From Saprospirales bacterium (GTDB taxonomy: Bacteria; Bacteroidota; Bacteroidia; Chitinophagales; UBA8649): a stretch of DNA of 64,000 nucleotides. Within the stretch, counting starts at the first letter, position 1. Each line of letters opens with the position of its first letter. Below, piece after piece: positions 9,419 to 19,709 of this stretch. A model generated the notes under the pieces. That model was not told the origin of the DNA. It was given only the letters and a program-made list of their open reading frames with translations, and did no database searches. A program made the position numbers and the translations under genes. The stretch covers positions 2,187 to 66,186 of the forward strand of contig PAPS01000006.1 of the NCBI GenBank assembly GCA_002708985.1. Reading direction: 5' to 3'.

Positions 9419-10323
9419 AAAGAAGAGTATTCCTTAAAGAGTTAACCCTAGCAGGTGGGGGTCTTTTATTGGCTCCAAACATTGCCTTAGCACAAGGAAA
9501 AGACATTCAAAAACTGACTATTCTTCATACCAACGATACCCATAGTCGGATTGATCCCTTCCCAATCGATAGCAAATTCCCGGGTCTCGGAGGAGTATCA
9601 GCGCGGGCGAAAATCGTATCAAGGATTCGGGAAGAAGAAATGCATGTATTGCTTTTAGATGCCGGTGATATTTGGCAAGGAACCCCTTACTTTAACTTTT
9701 ACCATGGTGAGTTAGAATTCAAAGCGATGTCCTCGATGAAGTACGATGCAGCTACTTTGGGAAACCATGACTTCGATATCGGCATTGATGGGCTTATTAA
9801 ACAACTACCCCATGCAAGCTTCCCCTTTGTAAATACAAACTATCACTTTGGCGACACTCCCCTTCACAATAAGATCCAAGAGTATAAAATCTTTCAATTG
9901 GGAGATTTACGAATCGGTGTCACAGGAGTAGGCGTTGAACTTGAAGGACTCGTTTTACCAGAACTTTATGGAAAAATTCATTATCAAAATCCAATTGAGT
10001 GCGCCGAAAAAACATCAGCGCATCTTAAAAATGAGGAAAATTGTCACTTCGTGATCTGTTTATCCCACCTTGGATTCGATTATTCCTCAAAAAAAGTATC
10101 CGATATAATTCTTGGGAAAAATTCAAAAAACATCGATTTGGTCATTGGAGGGCACACCCATACCTTCCTTAACGACCCCGTTGTAGTGGAAAATTTAGAG
10201 GGCAATCCAGTGATTATCAACCAAGTAGGTTGGGGAGGTGTGCAGTTGGGAAGAGTGGACCTGATATTCGACCGATTTAAGGGCAAGATGCACTCTGCAG
10301 TTAATAGGGAAATTTTTTCCTAA
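9415..10323 (+). CDS. metallophosphoesterase / 5'-nucleotidase N-terminal domain protein with Tat-type signal
   Basis: 'KRRVFLKELT...ALAQ' matches the twin-arginine consensus RRxFLK. Calcineurin-like motifs 'ILHTNDTHS', 'DAGD', 'GNHDFD', 'GGHTH'. Confidence 0.8.
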   Translation: MKRRVFLKELTLAGGGLLLAPNIALAQGKDIQKLTILHTNDTHSRIDPFPIDSKFPGLGGVSARAKIVSRIREEEMHVLLLDAGDIWQGTPYFNFYHGELEFKAMSSMKYDAATLGNHDFDIGIDGLIKQLPHASFPFVNTNYHFGDTPLHNKIQEYKIFQLGDLRIGVTGVGVELEGLVLPELYGKIHYQNPIECAEKTSAHLKNEENCHFVICLSHLGFDYSSKKVSDIILGKNSKNIDLVIGGHTHTFLNDPVVVENLEGNPVIINQVGWGGVQLGRVDLIFDRFKGKMHSAVNREIFS

Positions 10324-10421
10324 AAAACAAATGAATTTCATTTTTTTCTTTGATTTCTTTTTCTCATTTTCGAGAGCGCTACGGTTTAACACTAATTCTG
10401 TAACTCTAATTAAAAAAACTT

Positions 10422-11855
10422 ATGTCAAGGACTCCTGAATCAGTTTGGTCCAGTGTTTTAAACATCATTCGCGATAACATCAGCGAACAAAGTTTTAAAA
10501 CATGGTTTGAGCCGATTCTACCGGTAGACTTAAAGAATAACGTTCTTACCATTCAGGTTCCCAGCCAATTCTTTTATGAGTGGCTTGAAGAGCACTATGT
10601 CGGACTCCTTCGTAAAACCTTACAAAGAGAATTAGGCGCAGATGCTCGATTAGAGTATCGAATTGTCGTTGAAAATAGCGATGTAAATAAAGGGCCATAT
10701 ACTGTTGAATATCCTAACTACAATACAGGGAATACAAAAAACCAGGAGTCTGCTGTACCCTTAGTTGTTGGAACTCAAATCAAAAACCCTTTTATCATCC
10801 CAGGTCTTAAAAAAGTCAATATTGATTCTCAGCTAAAGACCTCTTTCAACTTTGATAACTTTATCGAAGGGGATTGTAACAGACTTGCTCGTTCAGCTGG
10901 ATACGCTGTTGCCCAAAAGCCTGCAGGTACTGCCTTTAATCCATTAGTACTATTCGGAGGCGTAGGTTTAGGAAAAACCCACCTCGCTCAAGCCATTGGA
11001 AACGAAATCAAACGTCTCTACGGTAACAAGACCGTTCTCTATGTTACCAGTGACAAATTTACCAACCAATTCATCGATGCGTTAAAGAATAATGCCATAA
11101 ATGATTTTGTGCATTTCTATCAACTCGTTGATGTCTTAATTATGGACGATATCCAGTTTTTTGCCAACAAGCTGAAGACTCAAGATATCTTCTTCCACAT
11201 CTTCAATCACCTCCACCAAAACGGAAAGCAGCTGATTATGACTTCTGACCGCCCTCCAAGAGATCTTGAAGGAATGGAGGAGCGTCTTTTAAGCAGATTC
11301 CGTTGGGGACTTTCTGCAGATTTACAGCAGCCTGATTTTGAAACGCGTATTGCAATTCTTGAGAAGAAAATGTATTCCGACGGAATCGAACTAAGTAGAG
11401 ATGTTATCGAATTTGTGGCCTACAACATAAACTCCAACGTACGAGAGCTTGAAGGAGCATTAATCAGTTTATTAGCGCAGTCATCTCTCAACAATAAAGA
11501 AGTCGATTTAGATCTTGCGAAAAAGATTATTAAAAACTTTGTCAAGAGCGTTTCTCGAGAAGTATCTATCGACTACATTCAAAAGACCGTCTGCGAATTC
11601 TTCGAAGTGCCCCAAGAGCAACTCAAAGAAAAAACACGCAAACGTGCCATCGTTCAAGCACGTCAATTATCGATGTTCCTCGCTAAAAGTTATACCAAAA
11701 ACTCCCTCAAGGTTATTGGAAAGCATTTTGGTGGCAGAGATCACAGTACAGTGATTCATTCCTGCCAAGCGGTTCAAAACCTTATCGATACCGACCTAGA
11801 CTTTAAAGAACAGGTCGATGAAATCGAGAAGAAAATTCAAATGAGTATTGGGTAA
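10422..11855 (+). CDS. dnaA: chromosomal replication initiator DnaA
   Basis: AAA+ Walker A 'GGVGLGKTHL', 'DDIQF', and C-terminal DNA-binding 'GGRDHSTVIHSCQAV'. Confidence 0.97.
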   Translation: MSRTPESVWSSVLNIIRDNISEQSFKTWFEPILPVDLKNNVLTIQVPSQFFYEWLEEHYVGLLRKTLQRELGADARLEYRIVVENSDVNKGPYTVEYPNYNTGNTKNQESAVPLVVGTQIKNPFIIPGLKKVNIDSQLKTSFNFDNFIEGDCNRLARSAGYAVAQKPAGTAFNPLVLFGGVGLGKTHLAQAIGNEIKRLYGNKTVLYVTSDKFTNQFIDALKNNAINDFVHFYQLVDVLIMDDIQFFANKLKTQDIFFHIFNHLHQNGKQLIMTSDRPPRDLEGMEERLLSRFRWGLSADLQQPDFETRIAILEKKMYSDGIELSRDVIEFVAYNINSNVRELEGALISLLAQSSLNNKEVDLDLAKKIIKNFVKSVSREVSIDYIQKTVCEFFEVPQEQLKEKTRKRAIVQARQLSMFLAKSYTKNSLKVIGKHFGGRDHSTVIHSCQAVQNLIDTDLDFKEQVDEIEKKIQMSIG

Positions 11856-11909
11856 ATACCGAATATTACACCGATAGTGTATATTCACATTCCGCTAGGA
11901 TATCCTACA

Positions 11910-11995
11910 GGAGAGGTGGCAGAGTGGTAATGCAGCGGATTGCTAATCCGTCATCGTCTAATAGCGATGCCCGAGTTCGAGTCTCGGTCTCTCCG
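11910..11995 (+). tRNA. tRNA-Ser (anticodon GCT), type II with long variable arm
   Basis: Hand-folded. Acceptor GGAGAGG/TCTCTCC. Anticodon stem GCGGA/TCCGT with loop TTGCTAA. Long variable arm. T-arm CCGAG-TTCGAGT-CTCGG. CCA is not fully encoded. Confidence 0.9.
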
Positions 11996-12003
11996 CAAAC
12001 TCT

Positions 12004-12031
12004 AAGCCCCGCACGTTGCGGGGCTTTTTTT
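12004..12031 (+). terminator. rho-independent terminator after tRNA-Ser
   Basis: 'AAGCCCCGCACGTTGCGGGGCTTTTTTT': GC-rich stem GCCCCGCA/TGCGGGGC followed by a T-run. Confidence 0.8.
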
Positions 12032-12188
12032 ATACTGACAATTTTTCGCATATCACACAAGTAGTAGCGAAAAATAGATGGGAGGTACGCATTAATCATT
12101 GTATTATCGTACTATGACTACTACAAATTATTTTGTCCCCCGAGGGGGCCGAAAGGGGTGTCTAATCCCAAACCACTTCTATGGACAA

Positions 12189-13268
12189 TTACTGCTGACC
12201 TACATGGTGGTGACAGTAGCCACTGGTATTTTTAGTCCTATTGCGACATCGTCTGCCCTTTTTCGTTATGCCAGAGCATTGCACTGACGTTGACGAACGT
12301 CCATTATTGCCTTGACCGCTGGATCCCTCATACTGGTAAACATTTCGATTGGTCGTCCAGGTCCAGCAGAAAGGGCATAAGCTACTTTCCACTTGTTCCT
12401 CCGTGTCATCAGGTAGACCTGCAAAAAAATCAAGTCCTGTTAATGATTCAATACTATCGACGCTTAACCCGAGAGACCTGAGGGATTGAGCACTTCTGCG
12501 ATTCGGCAAGACAAAGCCAATCCCCTCCATTTTTCCTTGTTTAAATCGGAGAATCACCTTGAAAAAAGCCTTAGGAATCGAAACCTTATTCCCGCCCAAG
12601 GTGGGTAATCCTTCACTAAGCAGCGGGCCAGTGACAATACAGAGCGAGTCAGCATCTGCCGCCCATGTACGCATTAACTCTTCAAGCTTTTTCCATATAC
12701 CCCGATTAAAGCTTGGATTTTGAGGACAGATATTGCTAAAAAAGAAGGACTCCGACATAGCAGTCGTCGACCAAACCATATCACCTGCAGGAACTAAGTG
12801 GCCTCGATCATAGCCTGAGCCACGGTAATCAGCAACATTGGCAGTTCCCGAACTTACTAAAGGGTCACGGCGAAAATTATCCGTTCGACTACATCGTTTT
12901 ACAAGACTTTCCGGTTTTAATGTGTAGGCAACCCATTGGGCCTGTTCGTGCATTTCGTTGTACACTAAATCATAGGCAAAATGATGAACAAGTTTCTCTC
13001 CCTGACGAAGCTTGGGAAGTAAATCATTTGTCTCTACAAATTGATTAGATGATAGCGATGAGGACAATCCTTCGTCGGACGACCGGTGACTAATTTCACT
13101 TGAAATTTGATTTGTCCCACTTTCTTCTACTTGAGAATCCTCAACATATGAGCGACCTCGATCTTCATCATTACTATCCTCTGAATGTTGAACAACGAGC
13201 AACGCGAGAATAATAAGACCAACCAAGGCTAGCGCTGATCCTCTAAAAAAACTTCTAGGACTTAACAT
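12189..13268 (-). CDS. DNA/RNA non-specific endonuclease (NucA/EndoG beta-beta-alpha-Me family), membrane-anchored
   Basis: Catalytic 'GYDRGHLVPAGD' (DRGH motif). N-terminal TM helix and low-complexity linker. C-terminal Cys/His tail 'CSGITKKGRRCRNRTKNTSGYCHHH'. Confidence 0.85.
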   Translation of the reverse strand: MLSPRSFFRGSALALVGLIILALLVVQHSEDSNDEDRGRSYVEDSQVEESGTNQISSEISHRSSDEGLSSSLSSNQFVETNDLLPKLRQGEKLVHHFAYDLVYNEMHEQAQWVAYTLKPESLVKRCSRTDNFRRDPLVSSGTANVADYRGSGYDRGHLVPAGDMVWSTTAMSESFFFSNICPQNPSFNRGIWKKLEELMRTWAADADSLCIVTGPLLSEGLPTLGGNKVSIPKAFFKVILRFKQGKMEGIGFVLPNRRSAQSLRSLGLSVDSIESLTGLDFFAGLPDDTEEQVESSLCPFCWTWTTNRNVYQYEGSSGQGNNGRSSTSVQCSGITKKGRRCRNRTKNTSGYCHHHVGQQ

Positions 13269-13358
13269 ATCGTACTATAGTTAAACCAAGCCATGCCAAC
13301 GGAAAGTAGGCCAAGACTGCCTGTATTGAGCAAATCCAATGATACGAGACTACGACAC

Positions 13359-14207
13359 TCATCGACCATTTTTTGAAAAGTGCTGATAGTCCTTTGAATT
13401 GATCCAGTCTCCTCCCCACTTCCAACCAATTTCAGCAAAGTATTGTATCACGGGATCTCCTGCAAGTATAGTACCTGGAATTGTATCGACGTATGTCCCG
13501 TTACTTGGATAAACCTTTCCTCCTTTAAAAAACGGGTTGATCAGGGGGTTAATATCTATAGCATGTCCATAAGCGTGTTCGGACAATCGTCCAGAGCCTA
13601 CAGCACTTCGGTAGTTAAAGCAAGAGGTATTATTTGCCCGCATAGATATGTCATCATCCCAACCAAAGGCATTGACTGGTATGATTGATTGTATCGGAAA
13701 GCTATCGCGTTTGAGCCGATTAAATACTTTTTCAACTGCTCGAGCGCTTGATTTTTCTACCACCAATAAGCCATCGTGGTGATAGACACTATCCATCCCA
13801 AAGTAGCTCAACTCTAGAATAGTCAGTCGTTCTTTAATATCGATAGGTATATCCAATCCCGATAAAGCTTCGAGCAACTTGGTAGGCGCACTGCGAATAA
13901 AGGCCTCTTCTCGTTCTCTTAGACGCTTTTCTTCATCTGCTCTTTCTTTAGCCTCCATAGCCTTTTGCATGGAGTCACGTATGGCTTCTTCTCGGTCTAC
14001 ATCCTCCTGCCAGTCTTCATTACGTCTTTCGCCTACTGAGCCATCTTCGCCTCCTTCTTGATCCATTGCATCCTCCATAACATCAGAATCCATGGATGGA
14101 CTAGGATCCTTTTCATCCTGAGAAAAGGTGCACCCAGTAGAATCTACCAAAAGCCAAGTAAAGCAAGTAACGGTGACGATAACAATTAGGGATCTATTCC
14201 ACTTCAT
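13359..14207 (-). CDS. M15-family zinc metallopeptidase (D-Ala-D-Ala carboxypeptidase/VanY-like fold)
   Basis: 'SEHAYGHAIDINP' (H-x6-D) and 'DYQHF' fit the M15 metal ligands. Acidic, coiled N-terminal half after a signal/lipoprotein sequence. Confidence 0.65.
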   Translation of the reverse strand: MKWNRSLIVIVTVTCFTWLLVDSTGCTFSQDEKDPSPSMDSDVMEDAMDQEGGEDGSVGERRNEDWQEDVDREEAIRDSMQKAMEAKERADEEKRLREREEAFIRSAPTKLLEALSGLDIPIDIKERLTILELSYFGMDSVYHHDGLLVVEKSSARAVEKVFNRLKRDSFPIQSIIPVNAFGWDDDISMRANNTSCFNYRSAVGSGRLSEHAYGHAIDINPLINPFFKGGKVYPSNGTYVDTIPGTILAGDPVIQYFAEIGWKWGGDWINSKDYQHFSKNGR

Positions 14208-15571
14208 AATCCGATGCTTCTTGAAGAATCATAGTTTGCTTATAATTCCTGTTTACAATATAAAATCCTATGCTTCCGAGAGCCATTAAGGCCGTAAAAA
14301 ACAAAAAGTACTCCGCCTCTCCATTCTGTATATACTTATTTAACGAAGTCTCTGCAATCAAACCATTGATAAGTGCCGTAAAGCCATTACCAAAGGCAAC
14401 GGCCAATAGCCAAAAACTGAGTATAAAGGATTTTAAGACCTTAGGTGCTTGGGTATAGGAGAATTCTAGGGAGGTAATTGATATCAAAATCTCTGCACAA
14501 GTTAATAATACAAAGGCGGCAATCTGATAGAGAAAACTCATAGAATGTCCATTATCCATTTGCACCTGAACCCAGGCAACTAGCGCAAAGCTCAATACAG
14601 CAAAGGAAAAGCCGAGGCTCATTTTGTTAAAGTAAGTGAGGGGCATAATTTTACCTAATCGAGGATAAATGATATAGGTAAACAAAGGAATAAACAGTAA
14701 GACAAATAGTGGGTTTACAAAGCCAATCTGAGAAGGTAAAAACTCAAATTGAAAGAATCCTAAATCCACTGTCTTTACCATCAAATCAGATTGGGCCTGT
14801 ATTACCCAACTCGTCGCAGTTTGATCAAATAAAGACCAAAAAAATCGCAAGAAATATATAAAAGGGCAATAGTCGACCAACAAGAGAAGCCCCCTTGCTG
14901 GAGAAGATCTCTTTTTTGTACACCGACCACCCAGCTGGTTTTACCGAAATGTACTTTTGTCTTCCTAGATAGAATACAATCAAAGCAATGAGCATAAGCA
15001 GCCCAGGGAGCCCAAAAGCTACCCGCGCATTCCAACCAATTTCTGTCAAATAGGGATTGCTGAGAATTCTCTCTGCACTGAGATACGCGATGATAGCCCC
15101 CACATTAATGGAAAAGTAAAACCAATTATACATGCGCTCAATCAGATGACTATTGGTAGCGTCAAACTGATCTCCCACATGAGCAGATACACAAGGTTTA
15201 ATTCCTCCCGCACCTATTGCAATCAATGTGCATCCCCAAAAAAATCCTTGAGGTGTTTCCCAAAAAGCCAAAATAAAATGGCCTACACAATACACAAGAG
15301 ATAAGTTGATGATAGTTCGATACTTACCCCAAAGAATATCACTGAGCAGTGCTCCCATTATCCCAGTAGCATAGGTTGCCATTACAAACAAATGAACCCA
15401 AAATGAAGCCTTGGCATTGGCCTCAAATTCCGCCATACCCGATTGTTGAAGAAGACCGACCAAAAAAACAATCAGAATTGCTTTCATTCCATAAAAGCTG
15501 TAGCGTTCTGCCGCTTCATTACCTATGATATATGGGATCCCTTTAGGCCATTTTGATGATATACTCTGCAC
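14194..15571 (-). pseudogene. POT/PTR2-family proton-dependent oligopeptide transporter, split by a +1 frameshift in a homopolymer
   Basis: Track ORFs 14825..15571 (PTR2 signature 'GNEAAERYSFYGMKAIL') and 14194..14883 ('FFWSLFDQTATSW'). Deleting one base of the A7 run at 14838..14844 gives a continuous '...LAIFWSLFDQTATSW...'. Confidence 0.8.
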
Positions 15572-15632
15572 TATGGTATTGCTTTAACTTAAAATACTTC
15601 GTCTCTAGGTTGAAATTTACTATTTTATACGT

Positions 15633-18600
15633 ATGGTAGATTCGTTGAACAGAGGATGTTTTCCAACACAAGGAATGTTGGAAAGATCTATGCTATGGGT
15701 TATCTGCCTCAGTATTTTCTTTGGAGTTGTGCCCAAGGCTATATCTCAAGGACATATACGTGCCAACGCCGGTCAATGGAATGATCAAATTGTAGGCAAT
15801 ATCCCGCTAAGTTTTGGCGATATATGGATTGAGGAGGACGGGCTTGTCTTTGTTTTTTATGATAACCTTGGCCACGAGACCATTAGTGCCTTAGAAGGGC
15901 ATCAATTTTCGATGCGATTTTTAGACAGTGATACTCCACATGATATCACTTGGGCGGTTGCCAGCCCTATACCCACCCGTTACTTTACGTCGTCAACTTT
16001 TTCCATTGGAGGCGCAGAGACATACGACTATGAGCAAGTTACCCTGCACAACATCTACCCCAATATTGACTTTGTCTTTGATGGAAATGCCAGCATGCTG
16101 AAATATAGTTTTGTCGTTCATCCCGGCGGAGATCCCTCTAAAATTGCGATTGCATTAGATGGTATTCTTCCGGAGCAAAGCCAAGAAGGTCTTGTCTTTA
16201 ATACATCAGCAGCAACGATGATTGAAGAAAATCCTGTAGCCTTTCAATTAAATAACGGAGTAGAGCAAAAAATACCTTGTTACTTCGCGCTCAGACAAGA
16301 CACGATAACGTATAATCTAGGAGCATTTAATTCCCAAAAGCCCTTAGTCATTGACCCAACACTGATCTTCTCAACCTACACGGGGTCTCAGCGCGATAAC
16401 TTTGGCTTCACAGCCACCTATGATAATAATGGAAATGGTTATGCTGGAGGTATGTTGCTCAATACACAAAACGCTGGAGGAGAATACCCCACTACATCAG
16501 GTGTGTTTAATAGTTATCAAGGAAATGTAGATATAGGGATTACTCGATTTGACGCCAATGGAGCGAACATACTCTATAGCTTGATTATTGGGGGTAGCGA
16601 TGGGGACTTACCCAATTCAATGATTGTCAACGATGCGGGAGAACTTTATGTCCTAGGAACCACCGGGTCTAGTGATTTTCCCATGTGCCCTATCGCTCAA
16701 CAATGCGGTTTTGATATTACGTTTAACAACCCCATAGGCAGTCCTGAGGCAAACTTTACAAGCGGCAATGGAATCTTGTTTACTCAAGGTTCAGACATGG
16801 TTATTTTTAAGATTGATGCAACGGGAAGCACCATGCTTTCCTCCACCTTCTTAGGGGGTAGTGGTAATGACGGCTTAAATGATGACAACGATAATGTTGC
16901 CAATTTACAATACAACGGGACAGACCTACATTATAACTATGGTGATGCCTTCCGCGGTGAAATTATCCTCGACGATGCTGATAATGTCTTTATTGCGTCA
17001 TCCACCAACTCTCTTGATTTTCCCTTAGGGGGTGATGGCTTAACAACAGGGCTTGGAGGAGAACAAGATGCTGTCTTAACCTCGTTATCGAGTGACTTAA
17101 CCACATTGCGACACAGCCGCTATATAGGAGGAAGTGATGATGATGGAGGCTATTCACTCAAACTAAATAGGAACGGGCAAGTCTACGTAACTGGAGGAAC
17201 AAAGAGTGCGGATTTCCCAACGACAAGTACCACTATCCAGCCAAGTTTTGCAGGAGTAACCGATGGTTTTTTAGGATTATTTGATGCTGGAGACGGTAGT
17301 CAAGGGAACAGTACTTTTCTAGGGACGGCTGTCTATGATCAAAGTTATCTTGTAGAAGTCGATCGCGATGGTGACGTTTATGTGACGGGGCAGTCGGAAG
17401 GAAACTACCCTACTGCCAATGCTGCCTATATTGAGGCGGGAGGCAACCACTTCATACATAAAATTAGTCCTGATTTAACCACTACCATTTACTCGACGGT
17501 TTTTGGCCCGGGTAATGGACAGGTAAAATTATCCCCTACCGCTTTCTTAGTCGATAAGTGTGAAAGAGTCTATGTGAGTGGTTGGGGTGGTCTTGTAAAC
17601 AATAATCGAAATGCCGGTGTCGGAACTACAACAGGTTTCATCACTACCCCAGATCAGTTCAATCCAAACCCTGAAGATGGAAGCGACTTTTACTTCACTG
17701 TTTTTGATCGCGATATGACGGGACACCTCTTTGGCTCTTACTTTGGAGGAAATGGAAGCACGGAACATGTCGATGGAGGAACTTCTCGGTTTGACGATAA
17801 TGGCGTGATTTACCAGGCTGTTTGTGCCGACTGCGGTACTGGAGGGAGCCTCTTTCCCTCAACCACAGGTGCTTATGCAGAAAATAACGGGATGGCTCCT
17901 AGTTTACGATGCAATACCGCCCTCTTAAAAGTTGACGTAGGAATACCTCAGCCTGAAGTAATCGTTGAAGCTTTTCCCAGAGCTACCGGGTGTCTCCCCC
18001 TAACCGTGCAGTTTAGTGATAGTGCATTTAACGTTCAAGAATTGGTTTGGGATTTTGGCGATGGAAGTCCTACTTTTACAGGACAGAGTCCATTACATAC
18101 GTATACAGATACAGGAATATATACGGTCACATTAATTGGAATTGATACGACGGTTTGTAATATAACCGACACGGCCACCTTACAAGTTGAAGTGGGCGAC
18201 GACAGCCTTAGTGCAGACTTTGACGAAGTCTTAACCGTCGTATGTGATTCGAATCAGGTCATTCTTCGAGCACCCTCTGTATTGCCCACAACCCAGTATT
18301 ACTGGAATCTAGGCGATGGAACTACGTCCTCAGATTCTGTAGTTTTCCACTCCTATTCCAGTCCTGGAACCTACAACGTTTCCCTTGCTCTTTTGGATAG
18401 CAACTCCTGCTCGCTCACCGATAGTTTTACAACAGATGTAAACATTCCAACCTCTCCTTTAGCGTCGATTAATCTATTGGATACAGTGGGTTGCGCACCG
18501 ATTACCATTGACTTTACAAATTCTAGTACGAATTTTTCAGATGTGCTGTGGGACTTTGGAACAGGAGATACCTCTCTTCAGCTCAATCCAATCTATACCT

Positions 18601-19709
18601 TTCAGGATAGTGGAATCTTTCAAATTCAACTTATCGCCTATGACTCAAGTGGATGTGTACCTAGTGATACAGCCATCGCTACAGTTCAAACGCGTATTGA
18701 CAGTTTTTTGGCAGAAGCTCAAATCGACACCTTGCTGTTTGATTGTGATCAGCTACAAATTCAAGGATCTAGTTTAAATAGTGGTGTTCTGCGCCAGTGG
18801 TTATGGGGCAACGGCAATACCTCAACGGATTCCTCGACAACCAATCTTTACGGCCCTGGAATCTACACCGCGTCATACATTGCGTCTGATACCAGCTTGC
18901 TCTGTGGAAGACCTGATACATTGTTTTTTCAGTTTGAAGTACGACCAAAAATACAGGCTGCTTTTAGTCTAGGGCCTGTTTGTGATGAAGAAGCCATTCA
19001 ACCTGTGCTTACCTCTGGATCATTTAATGCTGTAGAATGGCGTTTTGGGGATGGAACAACATCAAATTTGGAAAATCCTAGCCATATCTATGGAGGGCCC
19101 GGAATTTATGAAGTTGTCCTTACCCTAACCGATTCCACGTCTTGTAACATCCAAGACGCGGATACATTGATGGTAGAGGTCTATGAGAACCCGAGGGCTG
19201 ACTTTAGTCTAGATTACTCAGTAATTGAATATGGAAGTTTGGTCACCTTTACCAATTTAAGCCAAGATTATGATGGACTTGTATGGGATCTGGGAGATGG
19301 AAACCTTGTCAACGATGATGAAGTTATTGAATACCTCTATGAACGGTTCGGGGAAATTCAGCCTTGCTTGCAGGCCGTTGTCGACGGGCTGCCATGTGCT
19401 GACACAGTATGCAAATCAATAACGATAGAAGTTAATCCTCTTCTTGGAATGCCAAATGCGTTTACTCCTAATGGTGATGGGCTGAATGACACGGCCTACG
19501 TCGAAGGTCGTCACATTACTGATTTATCCTACAGGATATACAATCGTTGGGGAGAACTTGTCTTTGAAAGCAATGATGTAAATGTGGGATGGGACGGTCG
19601 GTTCAGAGGAGTCTTACAAGAACAGGAAGTCTATGTCTATGTTGTAGACGCTCAATTTGTAGATAACAGCAGACAAGTATTGCGCGGAAATCTAACCTTG
19701 ATTCGATGA
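15633..19709 (+). CDS. very large T9SS type-B CTD cargo protein (beta-propeller SBBP-like repeats plus multiple PKD domains)
   Basis: Signal peptide after M at 15675/15690. 'GGSxxD...YVTGxTxSxDFP' repeats. At least 5 'WDFGDGS/WNLGDGT' PKD modules. C-terminal 'FTPNGDGLND...IYNRWGELV...GNLTLIR'. Confidence 0.9.
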   Translation: MVDSLNRGCFPTQGMLERSMLWVICLSIFFGVVPKAISQGHIRANAGQWNDQIVGNIPLSFGDIWIEEDGLVFVFYDNLGHETISALEGHQFSMRFLDSDTPHDITWAVASPIPTRYFTSSTFSIGGAETYDYEQVTLHNIYPNIDFVFDGNASMLKYSFVVHPGGDPSKIAIALDGILPEQSQEGLVFNTSAATMIEENPVAFQLNNGVEQKIPCYFALRQDTITYNLGAFNSQKPLVIDPTLIFSTYTGSQRDNFGFTATYDNNGNGYAGGMLLNTQNAGGEYPTTSGVFNSYQGNVDIGITRFDANGANILYSLIIGGSDGDLPNSMIVNDAGELYVLGTTGSSDFPMCPIAQQCGFDITFNNPIGSPEANFTSGNGILFTQGSDMVIFKIDATGSTMLSSTFLGGSGNDGLNDDNDNVANLQYNGTDLHYNYGDAFRGEIILDDADNVFIASSTNSLDFPLGGDGLTTGLGGEQDAVLTSLSSDLTTLRHSRYIGGSDDDGGYSLKLNRNGQVYVTGGTKSADFPTTSTTIQPSFAGVTDGFLGLFDAGDGSQGNSTFLGTAVYDQSYLVEVDRDGDVYVTGQSEGNYPTANAAYIEAGGNHFIHKISPDLTTTIYSTVFGPGNGQVKLSPTAFLVDKCERVYVSGWGGLVNNNRNAGVGTTTGFITTPDQFNPNPEDGSDFYFTVFDRDMTGHLFGSYFGGNGSTEHVDGGTSRFDDNGVIYQAVCADCGTGGSLFPSTTGAYAENNGMAPSLRCNTALLKVDVGIPQPEVIVEAFPRATGCLPLTVQFSDSAFNVQELVWDFGDGSPTFTGQSPLHTYTDTGIYTVTLIGIDTTVCNITDTATLQVEVGDDSLSADFDEVLTVVCDSNQVILRAPSVLPTTQYYWNLGDGTTSSDSVVFHSYSSPGTYNVSLALLDSNSCSLTDSFTTDVNIPTSPLASINLLDTVGCAPITIDFTNSSTNFSDVLWDFGTGDTSLQLNPIYTFQDSGIFQIQLIAYDSSGCVPSDTAIATVQTRIDSFLAEAQIDTLLFDCDQLQIQGSSLNSGVLRQWLWGNGNTSTDSSTTNLYGPGIYTASYIASDTSLLCGRPDTLFFQFEVRPKIQAAFSLGPVCDEEAIQPVLTSGSFNAVEWRFGDGTTSNLENPSHIYGGPGIYEVVLTLTDSTSCNIQDADTLMVEVYENPRADFSLDYSVIEYGSLVTFTNLSQDYDGLVWDLGDGNLVNDDEVIEYLYERFGEIQPCLQAVVDGLPCADTVCKSITIEVNPLLGMPNAFTPNGDGLNDTAYVEGRHITDLSYRIYNRWGELVFESNDVNVGWDGRFRGVLQEQEVYVYVVDAQFVDNSRQVLRGNLTLIR

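Noticed and set aside
10324-12188. Expected oriC next to dnaA
   Set aside because: The flanking intergenic regions are short (98 bp upstream). I found only a single one-mismatch DnaA-box-like sequence (ATATTCACA near 11879), with no cluster and no obvious AT-rich unwinding element. The same holds for 23327..23475 next to gyrB. The origin cannot be placed from this window without GC-skew and box-cluster computation.
14802-15320. Track ORFs 14802..15035 (-) and 5087..5320 (-), 4730..5145 (+), overlapping transporter genes
   Set aside because: They are alternative-frame readings of membrane-protein genes (the POT transporter and TauE). They lack independent support.
11910-15571. Possible genomic island inserted at the tRNA-Ser 3' flank (nuclease, M15 peptidase, broken transporter)
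   Set aside because: There is no integrase, no direct repeat of the tRNA 3' end that I could find, and the genes are ordinary envelope or nutrient functions.
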